Positions 9,923 to 20,310 of a DNA stretch of 64,000 bases are shown in pieces. Numbering within the stretch: position 1 is the first letter of the stretch; each line of letters begins with the position of its first letter. The stretch is taken from NCBI GenBank assembly GCA_963740315.1, contig CAVUDP010000001.1:800001-864000 (forward strand). The letters are read 5' to 3'. Both the position numbers and the translations under genes were made by a program. The notes under the pieces are model-generated. The model was not told where the DNA came from. It searched no databases and saw nothing but the letters and a program-made list of their open reading frames with translations. Source of the DNA: an uncultured cyanobacterium (lineage in GTDB: Bacteria > Cyanobacteriota > Cyanobacteriia > Cyanobacteriales > Nostocaceae).

Positions 9923-10043
9923 GTGAGTGTAAGTAGGTTGGCGTTGAAAATTGTAATTAGGGTAAGGCTGTCGGCAGTAGGAATAAGGGTTTTAGGGTAA
10001 AAAACATTTTATTATATAGTTTGTTATATAGTTATATTTACTT

Positions 10044-10345
10044 GTGCCGACTTACTTATCAGTTTTAAATTATAGTATTGATTTATTATACACAGATGAG
10101 TTAGACGGAATACTCATCAAAAATGTATTTTCAACTAAAGCAATAGAAGCGGCAAGAAAACACGTTGAAAGCATATCATCTAAATTTGAACGGATAATCT
10201 ACGGAGAAAAGCTTGGTTTCTCTCTAATAGAAACAGGCATATGACTTAAATAAGTATTTCCAGAAAGCATCTTATTTTATATTGCAATTAAATCAAATTT
10301 TTTCTAATCAGTTTGAAGCAAGAATATTTAACATTTTCAATAATA
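10044..10345 (+). pseudogene. Degraded gene fragment (possibly a 2OG-Fe(II) oxygenase-like N-terminus)
   Basis: LYTDELDGILIKNVFS... then a stop; family assignment is weak. Confidence 0.3.
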
Positions 10346-10364
10346 TTCATAGTTTAAAAAATAT

Positions 10365-10691
10365 CAATCCGCACAAGCTAATCCATATCAGCAAGTACGT
10401 CACTATTGTAAAGACTATGAAAGCGTATTTGTAGCTGCGGAAACTCAGAATTTTTATGTCAGCATTTGCGGCAGCCATTCACCATATCATTATGTAGGTG
10501 TTAGTAAAAAAACTGGTAAAGCTATACGATTACCTTTAAATGTAGATGGAGTAGATTGACGAGGACAATATTTTGAAGCTGTTAATGGTAACTATACCTA
10601 TATCTTGGCTGATTCAACTGAAGGTAAAAACCTTAGTGTTTCTAGAGGTTATCGCGAACTTCTAAGCGAACCTGTTTTAAGAGGTTTTTAA
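10365..10691 (+). pseudogene. Remnant of a small secreted protein gene
   Basis: QSAQANPYQQVRHYCKDYESVFVAAETQNFYVSICG...VDGVD*RGQYFEAVNGNYTY...VLRGF*; internal TGA at 10557, signal-peptide start lost. Confidence 0.6.
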
Positions 10692-10801
10692 ACTAAATAT
10701 CGTTTTACGTTCATTATTTATTTAAACCTAAATTAAAGGAGACGTTGCAGTGCAACGTCTCTACATTTTTTTTATATGATTAGCATTTTACCAATTACCT
10801 A

Positions 10802-11434
10802 TTACCCATTACCTTTCAACATCATTTTAATTTGATCGATTAAACTTGTACCACCCCAAATTATTGCTGCAAAAATTGAACCGACTAATATTGCTGCGAT
10901 CGCACAAATAGTTAAACCTCCCAAACTAATTGCACCGTCGTCTTCTAATAAGCCAAATCCAGTTACAAAAATGCCGATTGCTGGTAAAGTATTTGTTCCA
11001 GGAATGGGAATCATCATAAAGGTTGACATTAAGGCGATCGCAATTCCAATAATTATTTTACCTGGAATAGTAGTACAAATAAACGGTAAACGGGGACGAC
11101 TTACGGCTTCAATTTTTTGTAAGAAAGGAATTCCGGCTTTGACAAATTTTTGGGCTGTTTCAAGCTTAATCGGACGTTTTGCAAATTTTTCAGGCAACCA
11201 AGGCTCTTGACGACCTATAATTAATTGCACTGCTAGAAAAATCATTATAATTCCGAAAGGAATCGATATAACTGGTGCTGGAAGCGGTAAAGCTGAAGGT
11301 AAAGAAAGGATGACGAATAAAAATCCGAAAATTCTTTCCCCTGCTAATTCCAGAACATCTTCCAAAGTTATCGTAGTAGAAGTACGTTCTTCTTCAAAGA
11401 AAAAGCGGTTTAATTCTTTGGACAGTTTAGCCAT
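10802..11434 (-). CDS. exoD: ExoD-family exopolysaccharide biosynthesis membrane protein
   Basis: FGFLFVILSLPSALPLP, QLIIGRQEPWLP, PIPGTNTLPA..GLLEDDG motifs. Confidence 0.88.
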   Translation of the reverse strand: MAKLSKELNRFFFEEERTSTTITLEDVLELAGERIFGFLFVILSLPSALPLPAPVISIPFGIIMIFLAVQLIIGRQEPWLPEKFAKRPIKLETAQKFVKAGIPFLQKIEAVSRPRLPFICTTIPGKIIIGIAIALMSTFMMIPIPGTNTLPAIGIFVTGFGLLEDDGAISLGGLTICAIAAILVGSIFAAIIWGGTSLIDQIKMMLKGNG

Positions 11435-11516
11435 AAGATTATTAAGAATACAGTTTTATCAAGCACAATATACAGTCTGAGAATTCACTATACCGGAAGC
11501 GCTGCCTGTTTTCATC

Positions 11517-12299
11517 ATGCGAAGATACTTAAAAGTTATTAGATTATTTTGGAGTGCTGCGATCGCTGCGGAATTGGAGTACCGAGTTAACTTTGCGATC
11601 GCGACTCTCAGCAGCGTGGGAAACCTTGCGGGTAGCTTGTTCAGCTTATTTTTGTTTTACCGTACTGGCTATACTTTCTCTGGATGGCAATGGGAAGCGG
11701 CTTTGATAGTCGTGGGAATTTACACTTTATTGCAAGGCTTTTCGGAAACTTTTCTGGCTCCTAACTTAAACCGCATCGTGCGTCACGTACAGGAAGGAAC
11801 CCTCGATTTTGTTTTACTAAAACCCATCCGCAGCCAATTTTGGCTTTCTTCCCACACCGTTTCACCTTGGGGAATCTCGGATTTAATTTTTGGCAGCATT
11901 ATAATTATTTACGCTGGTAATCGTCTCGGTTTGGGAATCGGCGATTATCTTGCTAGTGTTCCACCGCTGTTTTTTGGTTTAATAATCCTTTATAGCTTGT
12001 GGTTTATGTTAGGAGCTACAAGTATTTGGTTTGTCAAAATATATAACGTAACTGAAGTTTTGCGGGGATTAATTGAAGCTGGAAGATATCCAATGGTTGC
12101 TTATCCGGCGGCTTTTCGGTTGTTTTTTACTTTTGTAGTTCCGGTGGCTTTTTTAACTACCGTACCTGCCGAAGCGATGCTTGGTAGAAGTCAATTTGTA
12201 TGGGTAATAGGAGCGGGGATTTTAGCTTTAGGATTGTTTTTTGTTTCGTCGAGATTTTGGCGGTTTGCGTTGAGATATTATACTAGTGCTTCGAGTTAG
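11517..12299 (+). CDS. ABC-2 type transporter permease (DUF990-like)
   Basis: EYRVNF, VQEGTLDFVLLKP, YYTSASS end; six TM segments. Confidence 0.88.
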   Translation: MRRYLKVIRLFWSAAIAAELEYRVNFAIATLSSVGNLAGSLFSLFLFYRTGYTFSGWQWEAALIVVGIYTLLQGFSETFLAPNLNRIVRHVQEGTLDFVLLKPIRSQFWLSSHTVSPWGISDLIFGSIIIIYAGNRLGLGIGDYLASVPPLFFGLIILYSLWFMLGATSIWFVKIYNVTEVLRGLIEAGRYPMVAYPAAFRLFFTFVVPVAFLTTVPAEAMLGRSQFVWVIGAGILALGLFFVSSRFWRFALRYYTSASS

Positions 12300-12338
12300 G
12301 GTTTTGGAATAAACGCAGAGGGGCGCGGAGGGAAGATT

Positions 12339-12547
12339 GTAGGTTGGGTTAGACGGACGAAAATATTCAACATCAACGTAGAAAATTAAATTCCGTCGTA
12401 ACCCAACATTATGCTTGACTGATAATTAATATCTTAAAATCTACAACAAAATATTTATTATTTCCAAAACACTGATGTTGGGTTACGACGCTTTGAGGAA
12501 TTAATTGGTTCATTATTAAATTGTGTCGTGCGTCTAACCCAACCTAC
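12339..12547. repeat. REP/REPIN-like element (GTAGGTTGGGTTAGACG...CGTCTAACCCAACCTAC)
   Basis: GTAG-initiated terminal inverted repeats with internal CGTCGTAACCCAACA/TGTTGGGTTACGACG; copies at 29172-29240, 30221-30388, 31565-31651 and 36568-36722, variant at 50639-50706. Confidence 0.8.
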
Positions 12548-12656
12548 GACTAGTGCTTTGAGTTAAAGTTTTGGATAATAATATGAAAATTTAACGCAGA
12601 GGGGCGCGGAGGGAAGCGCAGAGGTACGCTGAGTTTGAAGAAGAGGAAGAAAAATA

Positions 12657-12866
12657 ATGCGTTATGCAATTGTAATTGAAAAAGCAACCAATAATTACTC
12701 GGCTTATGTTCCAGATTTACCTGGGTGTGTTGCAACTGGTGTGACTATTCAAGAAGTGAATCAACAAATTAAAGAAGCAATTACGTTTCATTTGGAAGGC
12801 TTACGAGAGGAAGGTTTATCTGTTCCCCAACCCACTACTTTGTGTGAATATATAGAAGCTTTGTAA
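12657..12866 (+). CDS. hicB: HicB-family antitoxin (orphan)
   Basis: YSAYVPDLPGCVATG...EAITFHLEGL..VPQP; no adjacent hicA seen. Confidence 0.88.
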   Translation: MRYAIVIEKATNNYSAYVPDLPGCVATGVTIQEVNQQIKEAITFHLEGLREEGLSVPQPTTLCEYIEAL

Positions 12867-12916
12867 TATGTTTTTTAAAAAGCTGAATGCTGTTAATACC
12901 ATAGATAGAGAAACTA

Positions 12917-13366
12917 TCAGCAGTGGTCATTCCGAATACTGCGATCGGGCATAATGGTATTACAAAAGATAACTCTCTCTAGCCATGCATCTTCCATTTC
13001 GGCTCCAGTCAAATCAGTTCCAGTCAAGTTAGTTCCAATCATGTCGGTACTATTAAGATAAGCATTAACCATTTTGGCATTAGTCAAATCGGCTTCATTC
13101 AAGCTAGCATGACCAAAGCTAGCTCCAGTGAGATCGGCATCTCTTAGGTTTGCGCTATCAAGACAGCATTGCCCGCAACTAGCATTGCGGAGGTTTGCTC
13201 TACTCAAATTAACTCCCTCCAAATATTGCTCGCCTAAATCGGCATTACTCATATCAATATCACTCAAGTCAGCGTTAGTTAATTCGCCACCATATAGGTG
13301 AATCCTAGCGAAATTTCTCTCCCCCTTCTCATAACGCTCTAACAATTCTTGAACACTTATATCCAT
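12917..13366 (-). CDS. Small pentapeptide-repeat protein
   Basis: ELLERYEKGERNF N-terminus, A(D/N)Lxx repeats, FCNTIMPD C-terminus. Confidence 0.9.
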   Translation of the reverse strand: MDISVQELLERYEKGERNFARIHLYGGELTNADLSDIDMSNADLGEQYLEGVNLSRANLRNASCGQCCLDSANLRDADLTGASFGHASLNEADLTNAKMVNAYLNSTDMIGTNLTGTDLTGAEMEDAWLERVIFCNTIMPDRSIRNDHC

Positions 13367-13441
13367 CTGTATACCTCCAAAACAAGCTATTTCTCTCTAC
13401 CTCTTTCCTCTGCGCCCTCTGCGTCTAGTAAGGTTTTTTCT

Positions 13442-14623
13442 CTACTCCCTAACCCTCAAAAAACCATCAAAATCAAGAGAAAGATATTCCAAAACATCCT
13501 CAACATTATCTACAACAATATGCGCTACTCCGAAAAAAGGAGTAACTTCCGGATTACTAGGAAGATAATTTAGTAATTTATCCCCAAAACTATCGCAAAA
13601 AGATTTCTCATTAAACCAATATTTTCCAGGTTCATATTTTGCTGGAATATCCGCAAGCACAAATCCATAAACTTTAGAATTTGCATCATTTAACAAAGAA
13701 TCCCAATCTGGTGCTTTATCTCCAAAAAACAAATCGTAAGGATTAAAACCGAAAGCATATTCCGTAATATCTGGAAGCGCAACTTGTCCAAACCGTAACG
13801 GATTTAATTCTATTGGAAAAAGATTACCGTTACTAAATCTAAATTCAAAATGAAACGGAAAACGACGCATATCAAGCTTGTTTCCAATATGCTCCAACAC
13901 CTGCATCGTTTGCTCTATTGTTTCAGCTACCACTTTTGTAGATGTATAATACACCGTATCGCTAACATCTAAAGTTGATGCAAAAGGATGTTGATAAATC
14001 CCAGTTATTACCGTTTTACCGTTTGCATTCCAAAAACCATCGCAAGCAAATTCATCACCATCTAAAAATTCTTCTACAAGGAAAGAAGAATCATTTAACA
14101 TCGCAGGATTCATATGTTCTTTAGCAATATCAATATCTTTAAGAACTGAATCAACCGCTTTTACCCATTCATGTTGTCCCCGTACAATGCGAATTCCGAT
14201 AGAAGCAGTTCCCAAACTAGGTTTTAGTACAACAGTTTCAACTTCTTCAAGAAATCGAAAATCCCGCAGAGTCTCCCTTGTAAGCTCTACATAAAATAAT
14301 GGATATAGCTCTTTAACTAACTCGCGGAAAGTAGCTTTATTTTTGAAAGCATTAACTTGTTTTAAACGTTGCTGTGGTAGATTCTCAAGAATAAAAGAAA
14401 GACTTGCTTCCCAATTCATGATTACCACTGCATTTTTATCTTGAATCAAAGATGCAGCTTCTGTATTTTTAAGGATATTAATTGTTCCTGCTAAAGCTGA
14501 TGTTGGTAGCTGTGAATAAACAGAAATATCCCAACGTTGGATTGCATTTAATAATGAAGGAGAAATAATATGTCCCGAAATAAAGCAGCAATTTAATTTT
14601 GGTAGTTTGATGTTTTTGTTCAT
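13442..14623 (-). CDS. ATP-grasp ligase family protein
   Basis: VVLKPSLGTASIGI, LVEEFLDGDEF, FHFEFR..PIELNPLRFG. Confidence 0.82.
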   Translation of the reverse strand: MNKNIKLPKLNCCFISGHIISPSLLNAIQRWDISVYSQLPTSALAGTINILKNTEAASLIQDKNAVVIMNWEASLSFILENLPQQRLKQVNAFKNKATFRELVKELYPLFYVELTRETLRDFRFLEEVETVVLKPSLGTASIGIRIVRGQHEWVKAVDSVLKDIDIAKEHMNPAMLNDSSFLVEEFLDGDEFACDGFWNANGKTVITGIYQHPFASTLDVSDTVYYTSTKVVAETIEQTMQVLEHIGNKLDMRRFPFHFEFRFSNGNLFPIELNPLRFGQVALPDITEYAFGFNPYDLFFGDKAPDWDSLLNDANSKVYGFVLADIPAKYEPGKYWFNEKSFCDSFGDKLLNYLPSNPEVTPFFGVAHIVVDNVEDVLEYLSLDFDGFLRVRE

Positions 14624-14667
14624 AAGTGTTTTTCCCTACACCCTGATAACTGTTCACTGTTCACTGT

Positions 14668-15324
14668 TCACTTATCCAACTTCAACAAAATATCAACCAA
14701 ATCCCCAGCATCTACTACATAAGCACCATTAATTTCGCTATTAAGAATATTTACACCACCCCTTGTAAAACAAAGTATTGCAGTTACCCACTTTACACTT
14801 TTTAACACCTTAACTTCTTTTGCTTGTCCTTTAACTTTATGAATTAAATCGCCTTCTCTAAAATCATGAATTTTTTTACCGTAACGTCTTCTTAAACGTC
14901 CGTTTTCATGTATTTTTGTCCCACCATGAGACTTAACGTCAACTACATACCAATTACCTTTAGGTGAGTGTAAAACTACATCTGCATCTCCCCATCTTTT
15001 AATTCTCAAATTATATTCTATCTTCCATCTTTGAAGTTCTAAAACATCTAATAAATCGGCTACATCAGTTTCGGCTTTTGCACCACGTCGAGCATCCAAA
15101 GCTCGTTTTTCAAAGTATTTCCCGCTACGGTACAAATAGTATGAGCCGCTTATACCTCCCAACAATAGTAAAATTGCTGCTGAAGAGGTAGAGAAAATAA
15201 TAAATAACCATACTGACGCTATAAAAACACCCGCAGCTAAGAAATAACGTATCATTGCCGATCGCTTTCGTTTCTTAGCTAGTTTACGGATATATTCCCC
15301 CGGTTTTTTCGTTTTTGTGGACAA
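14668..15324 (-). CDS. NERD (nuclease-related domain) membrane protein
   Basis: Two TM helices, then GAKAE, GDADVVL, VVDVKS. Confidence 0.8.
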   Translation of the reverse strand: MSTKTKKPGEYIRKLAKKRKRSAMIRYFLAAGVFIASVWLFIIFSTSSAAILLLLGGISGSYYLYRSGKYFEKRALDARRGAKAETDVADLLDVLELQRWKIEYNLRIKRWGDADVVLHSPKGNWYVVDVKSHGGTKIHENGRLRRRYGKKIHDFREGDLIHKVKGQAKEVKVLKSVKWVTAILCFTRGGVNILNSEINGAYVVDAGDLVDILLKLDK

Positions 15325-15490
15325 TTTTTTAGTTTATATAATTTAAATATATTGAAAGTATATATTGCAATTAAGGTTTTTTGGTACCTTTCATATTCAA
15401 TTTTACAATAAAAAACGGCTACTACTTATTATTATCTATTCTTTGATTCCCCTTTCCTGTTTCCTATTCCCAGTTCTGAATTCCTATATT

Positions 15491-16092
15491 TTACCCCCAA
15501 ATTTTCTGCATATTAAGCACGAAGCCAGCTAAAACATCCTCTCCAGAAATAGTTTGAGGTAATTTTAATACTTCAACCTCTTTCCCCAAACGATAAATTT
15601 CTACTTCCTGTTTTTTCGATTTATCAACCAACCCAATCGACACCCATTTTCAATATATTCCCGCATCTTATTTTGAAGCTTTTTCAAATTGTCGGAGGGT
15701 GAGATTATTTCAATCACAAAATCGGGACAAAGAGGAATAAATTTCTCTTTTTGTTCTTTCGTTAAAGCATCCCAACGAGACTTTTCCACCCATGAAACAT
15801 CTGGCGTTAAGCAAAGCTCTACCGAAGGTAATCGCTCTGCACCTGATGGTAATGTAAATCCAGTTGATGAATCAAAAACTTCGCCAAGTTGCTTTTCTTC
15901 GTTCCATTTTGCGACTTGAAAAATTAGATTGACATTACTTCTTCCCGTTTCTCCTCCCGTTGGTGGCATAACAATTAATTCCCCTTGAGCATTACGTTCT
16001 AGTTTTAATTCGGGATTTGTTTCACACAGTTGATAAAACTGTTCTTGGGTAAGTTTGATTATCGGATTTAAATTTAATGTAAGTGATGTCAT
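15491..16092 (-). pseudogene. Uma2 (DUF820) endonuclease; tandem duplicate with a 24-nt insertion and a frameshift
   Basis: Near-identical to 16147-16725; lacks one C near 15617; extra LPSVELCL. Confidence 0.88.
15807..15830. mobile_element. 24-nt small dispersed repeat inserted in a HIP1 site
   Basis: GCG|TTAAGCAAAGCTCTACCGAAGGTA|ATCGC; absent from the adjacent paralogue. Confidence 0.75.
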
Positions 16093-16146
16093 AATAGTTA
16101 TTCCTATCTTTGTTCTAGATCATCGCAGCGCATTTTACCAAATATT

Positions 16147-16725
16147 TTACCCCCAAATTTTCTGCATATTAAGCACAAATCCAGCTAAAACATCCTCTCC
16201 AGAAATAGTTTGAGGTAATTTTAATACTTCAACCTCTTTCCCCAAACGATAAATTTCTACTTCCTGTTTTTTCCGATTTATCAACCAACCCAATCGACAC
16301 CCATTTTCAATATATTCCCGCATCTTATTTTGAAGCTTTTTCAAATTGTCGGAGGGTGAGATTATTTCAATTACAAAATCGGGACAAAGGGGAATAAATT
16401 TTTCTTTTTGATCGTTCGTTAAAGCATCCCAACGAGACTTTTCCACCCAGGAAACATCTGGAGATCGATCTGCTCCTGATGGTAAAGTAAATCCAGTTGA
16501 TGAATCAAAAACTTCGCCGAGTTGATTTTCTTCGTTCCAAAACCATATTTGAGCGTTAATACTAGAGTTACTTCTTCCCGTTTCTCCTCCCGTTGGTGGC
16601 ATTACAATTAATTCCCCTTGAGCATTACGTTCTAATTTTAATTCCGGATTTGTTTCACATAGTTGATAAAACTGTTCTCTGGTAAGTTTGATTATCGGAT
16701 TTAAATTTAATGTAAGTGAAGTCAT
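16147..16725 (-). CDS. Uma2 (DUF820) endonuclease
   Basis: DSSTGFTLPSGADRSPDVSW, CPDFVIEI, LGWLIN. Confidence 0.93.
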   Translation of the reverse strand: MTSLTLNLNPIIKLTREQFYQLCETNPELKLERNAQGELIVMPPTGGETGRSNSSINAQIWFWNEENQLGEVFDSSTGFTLPSGADRSPDVSWVEKSRWDALTNDQKEKFIPLCPDFVIEIISPSDNLKKLQNKMREYIENGCRLGWLINRKKQEVEIYRLGKEVEVLKLPQTISGEDVLAGFVLNMQKIWG

Positions 16726-16878
16726 ACAATTTTAGATTTTAGATTTTAAATTAATATTCATTCGTTATAGTAGTAATTCCCTACTCCCTACTCCCTTTTT
16801 TCTATTACCAATTACCAATTCCCCATGCCCATTCACGCGAAGCGTGCGGGCGTAGCCCAATGCCCAATGCCCTATTCC

Positions 16879-17352
16879 CTACGTATTAGCATAATCTAAA
16901 ACTCGTTCCCAACCCCAGCGCCAAGCAGTTTCTATAAACATTTCTTTACCGTTAATAAAAACGATGTATTCCTTACCGCTGTCATAAATAATGTCCGCAA
17001 CCAATTGATTGCGCTTATCGTATCCCCACATATTTGCTGCACCTTCCCACCATTTTTGCCCGCTCGATTTCAAAATAGGCTGATTTAGATATTCATCATG
17101 CCATTGCTTTGGTTTCCATTTTTCATTTAGCGATCGCACTAAAATAATACTCGCGTGAAATTCTTGTTTTTGTTCGTGCAACCATAATATATAGCTAATT
17201 GCTGCTCTTAAAGCATCTTCGAGTCCATCAAAACATCCTTCTAAGGCATCCCGTACATCAGCACGCGATAAATTTACACCTACCGTAACTAATGCTTTTT
17301 CGTACTTTTTAAATACTTCGTACTCTATCGAATCTTTATCGTATAACCACAC
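16879..17352 (-). CDS. Hypothetical protein
   Basis: 157-aa Trp-rich ORF; no family recognised. Confidence 0.6.
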   Translation of the reverse strand: MWLYDKDSIEYEVFKKYEKALVTVGVNLSRADVRDALEGCFDGLEDALRAAISYILWLHEQKQEFHASIILVRSLNEKWKPKQWHDEYLNQPILKSSGQKWWEGAANMWGYDKRNQLVADIIYDSGKEYIVFINGKEMFIETAWRWGWERVLDYANT

Positions 17353-17511
17353 GCTTAATTACCCTTAAAAAAGTAACTCAATAAAATCAATTAATTTAAC
17401 ACAAATACATTACTTTTAACTTTACATCTACAGACTAATATAAGAAAATTTGCTACCATACCATCAAAAAAAGCTCAGCTTCGTTGCTTATTATTGATTT
17501 ATTTCAAGTAG

Positions 17512-17529
17512 TACGTATAATAATACGTA
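17512..17529. promoter_or_regulatory. Palindromic candidate operator upstream of TA pair
   Basis: TACGTAT-AATA-ATACGTA, overlapping TATAAT. Confidence 0.5.
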
Positions 17530-17561
17530 TTGATATATTATGACAGATAAATGTTTGATTA

Positions 17562-18092
17562 TTGAGCATTTCTGTTTATGCTCCTATACAGATGGATATA
17601 AAAACTGTGAATAACATTTACTCAGATGAATTAATTACAGCCACTGAGTTAAATCGACAACCCGGACGTATTTTGGATAAAGCATTAGAAAATCCAGTCA
17701 CCATTACTCGCAACGATCAGTCTTTCGCTTTACTACGGCGTGAAAATGTAGCGTTATTTGTGAAAGCTGCCCAACGTAGTAAAGAAATTGTAGAACTTTT
17801 AAATACTGCTTTCCGTTTATTACTAAAGCAAAAAATTGGAAACGAGCATCCTTATAGTTGGTTGAGAGTATTTGATTCAGATGAATTGAATGAGTTTATT
17901 GATGAGGTAATATCAGCGTATCGTGTAGTTGATTTATCTGAAAAAGCTTGGGATGAGCTAGATGCAATAATTCATGAATGGCATGAGAGCGCTTTGGCAA
18001 TATCTAATCCCCAATTAGAAGCAGCTTTTAGTCAGAATGACGAGGTTGAGGAAATAGTTTTGTCCAAACCTGAGAGTGAAAATGCTGCTTGA
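17562..18092 (+). CDS. Putative antitoxin with Phd/YefM-like N-terminus
   Basis: ITATELNRQPGRILDKALENPVTITRN; overlaps the next ORF. Confidence 0.65.
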   Translation: MSISVYAPIQMDIKTVNNIYSDELITATELNRQPGRILDKALENPVTITRNDQSFALLRRENVALFVKAAQRSKEIVELLNTAFRLLLKQKIGNEHPYSWLRVFDSDELNEFIDEVISAYRVVDLSEKAWDELDAIIHEWHESALAISNPQLEAAFSQNDEVEEIVLSKPESENAA

Positions 18093-18487
18093 GCGTTGAT
18101 ATGTCAGAAAATACTCCAGAAGAAAATACAGAGAATATTGAGCCACCATTCGTAAAGCTAACGGCTCCTGACTTATCCGAGACATCTGAAATATCCGAAT
18201 CCGAAATCTGGTTAGTGGTAGCCAAAAATCGTCGTGTCAATCGAGATTGGGAAGCGTTAATGCAGCGACACCCGGAGAATTCTAGCCGTTGTTATCATAA
18301 TTTATGTACGGCACCTACAACAAGACAACCAGGACGTATTTTTCCATTAAAAGGCAAGAAATATAAAGGGGTATGGGAATATGAGGTTAGTAAAGGTGAC
18401 AGAGTATTTTATATTCCCGATGAAAAGCAATTAAAAGTAGTTGTTTTTTATGCCGGAAAACATATTCAACCCGCACCAACACCTTAA
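18089..18487 (+). CDS. Putative RelE/ParE-superfamily toxin
   Basis: FPLKGKKYKGVWEYEVSKGDRVFYIPD..VVVFYAGKH. Confidence 0.65.
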   Translation: MSVDMSENTPEENTENIEPPFVKLTAPDLSETSEISESEIWLVVAKNRRVNRDWEALMQRHPENSSRCYHNLCTAPTTRQPGRIFPLKGKKYKGVWEYEVSKGDRVFYIPDEKQLKVVVFYAGKHIQPAPTP

Positions 18488-18663
18488 ATTACATTAGGTA
18501 ATTTCGTGCAATGTGGTAGAAGATTTAAAAACTACTTTGACAGAATTAAAACACCATTTTATTTTACAAAAATTCCGATACAGATTACTTCAACATTTTC
18601 GTCAAAACCCCAATTTCGGGTAAAATCAAATTCTATATAAACTGCAAACGGGAGAAAACAGGG

Positions 18664-19383
18664 GTGCTGACACTCGGTGTAAATATTGACCACATCGCCA
18701 CTATTCGACAAGCGCGGCGCACGGTGGAACCCGATCCTGTAGCCGCTGCGGTGCTGGCTGAGTTGGGCGGTGCCGATGGTATTACCGTACATTTACGGGA
18801 AGATAGAAGACATATTCAAGACAGAGATGTACGAATCCTGCGAGAAACTGTCAGGACTCATCTTAATTTAGAAATGGCGGCTACCGATGAAATGTTGGCG
18901 ATCGCACTCGATATCAAACCCGATTACGTGACTCTGGTACCGGAAAAACGCGAGGAAGTCACCACCGAAGGCGGTTTAGATATTGCAGGACTTGTTGATA
19001 GAATCGGAAATATCGTTGAGAAGTTGCAAGGTGTTGGTATTCCCGTAAGTTTATTTATCGATCCCGAAGATTCACAAATCGAAGCATCTGTCAAGGTAAA
19101 AGCTAAATTTATTGAACTGCATACGGGAAGGTATGCAGAAGCAAAAAATGAAGTAACTCAAGATATGGAGTTAAATTTATTAACATATGCTTGCAATCAA
19201 GCCTTAAATGCCGGATTGCGCGTCAATGCCGGACATGGGCTTACCTATACGAACGTTTATCCCGTAGCTTGCATTGAAGGCATGGAAGAACTTAATATCG
19301 GTCATACCATCGTCAGTCGAGCTTCTTTAGTAGGTATGGAAAGAGCAGTACGAGAAATGAAGCAAATCATGCACGGGAAATAG
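18664..19383 (+). CDS. pdxJ: Pyridoxine 5'-phosphate synthase
   Basis: [37 protein letters not shown]. Confidence 0.97.
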   Translation: MLTLGVNIDHIATIRQARRTVEPDPVAAAVLAELGGADGITVHLREDRRHIQDRDVRILRETVRTHLNLEMAATDEMLAIALDIKPDYVTLVPEKREEVTTEGGLDIAGLVDRIGNIVEKLQGVGIPVSLFIDPEDSQIEASVKVKAKFIELHTGRYAEAKNEVTQDMELNLLTYACNQALNAGLRVNAGHGLTYTNVYPVACIEGMEELNIGHTIVSRASLVGMERAVREMKQIMHGK

Positions 19384-19456
19384 TGAATAGTTAACAGTTA
19401 ACAGTGAGCAGTAAAAATATCCTGATAATTGATAATTGTTAATTGTTAATTGTTAT

Positions 19457-20236
19457 ATGAGCGCAACACAATCTCAGAATCTACCGCTGTGGGTGCAAGA
19501 GAGAGAGCAGCTAATTGCAAGCAGCCTTGATAACGAATGGCGTGGTGGAAACCCTCCGGATTATTCCGAATCAAATCAAGGTTTGGCTGCCGAAAGTCTA
19601 ATTCATCATCCTGCGGGTTCCCTTGAAGCTATTGTGGAAAACTTGGTGCGAGCTTTTGAATTGGAGGCTTCATTTAAAACCAATACACAACAGTGGTTAT
19701 CGGTTGTAAATGACAAGTTTCGCATGAGTAGCAACGGTGGAGAAGAATTCACCGCACAAGATGTGTCGGATGCGGGAACTTATAACTTATTTATTAGCGA
19801 TTCCGAACAATACAAAGCAACTGAAGAAAACTTTGAATCATCGGGAAGATTATTTCGCAGCGCATTTCCCAAAGGATTTTTATGGGAAGTTTTAGAAGTT
19901 TACAGTTCTCCACCAAACGTTACATTTAAATGGCGGCATTGGGGAACTTTTAATGGTAAATACAAAGACTATGCTCCTACAGGGGAAGTTGTGGAGATAA
20001 TAGGGATGAGCATAGCCCGCGTTACTGATGACTTGAAAATCATCAATGTAGAACACTACTTTGACAACAGTCAGTTTTTTGCCAAGCTGACGAGTGGTGG
20101 AAAGCATCAAAGCGGCAAGTCAATTTGGGCAACAATCAAAAGATTTTTTTGGGGAAGAGAAACAAACCAAACTTCACCGCAGCTAGCAACTAGCTGTCCG
20201 TTTAAAAAATTAGCTGGTTTCAATTCTTCAAATTAA
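19457..20236 (+). CDS. SnoaL-like/NTF2-fold 'pathogen-related' protein
   Basis: FPKGFLWEVLEVYSSPPNVTFKWRHWG; start inferred at ATG 19457. Confidence 0.75.
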   Translation: MSATQSQNLPLWVQEREQLIASSLDNEWRGGNPPDYSESNQGLAAESLIHHPAGSLEAIVENLVRAFELEASFKTNTQQWLSVVNDKFRMSSNGGEEFTAQDVSDAGTYNLFISDSEQYKATEENFESSGRLFRSAFPKGFLWEVLEVYSSPPNVTFKWRHWGTFNGKYKDYAPTGEVVEIIGMSIARVTDDLKIINVEHYFDNSQFFAKLTSGGKHQSGKSIWATIKRFFWGRETNQTSPQLATSCPFKKLAGFNSSN

Positions 20237-20310
20237 ATTGAACTCGGACGCAGTATTATATGCTGTGTCCCAATCTTTTGTTAAATTAACTATCTCTATA
20301 AGGGGTGACA

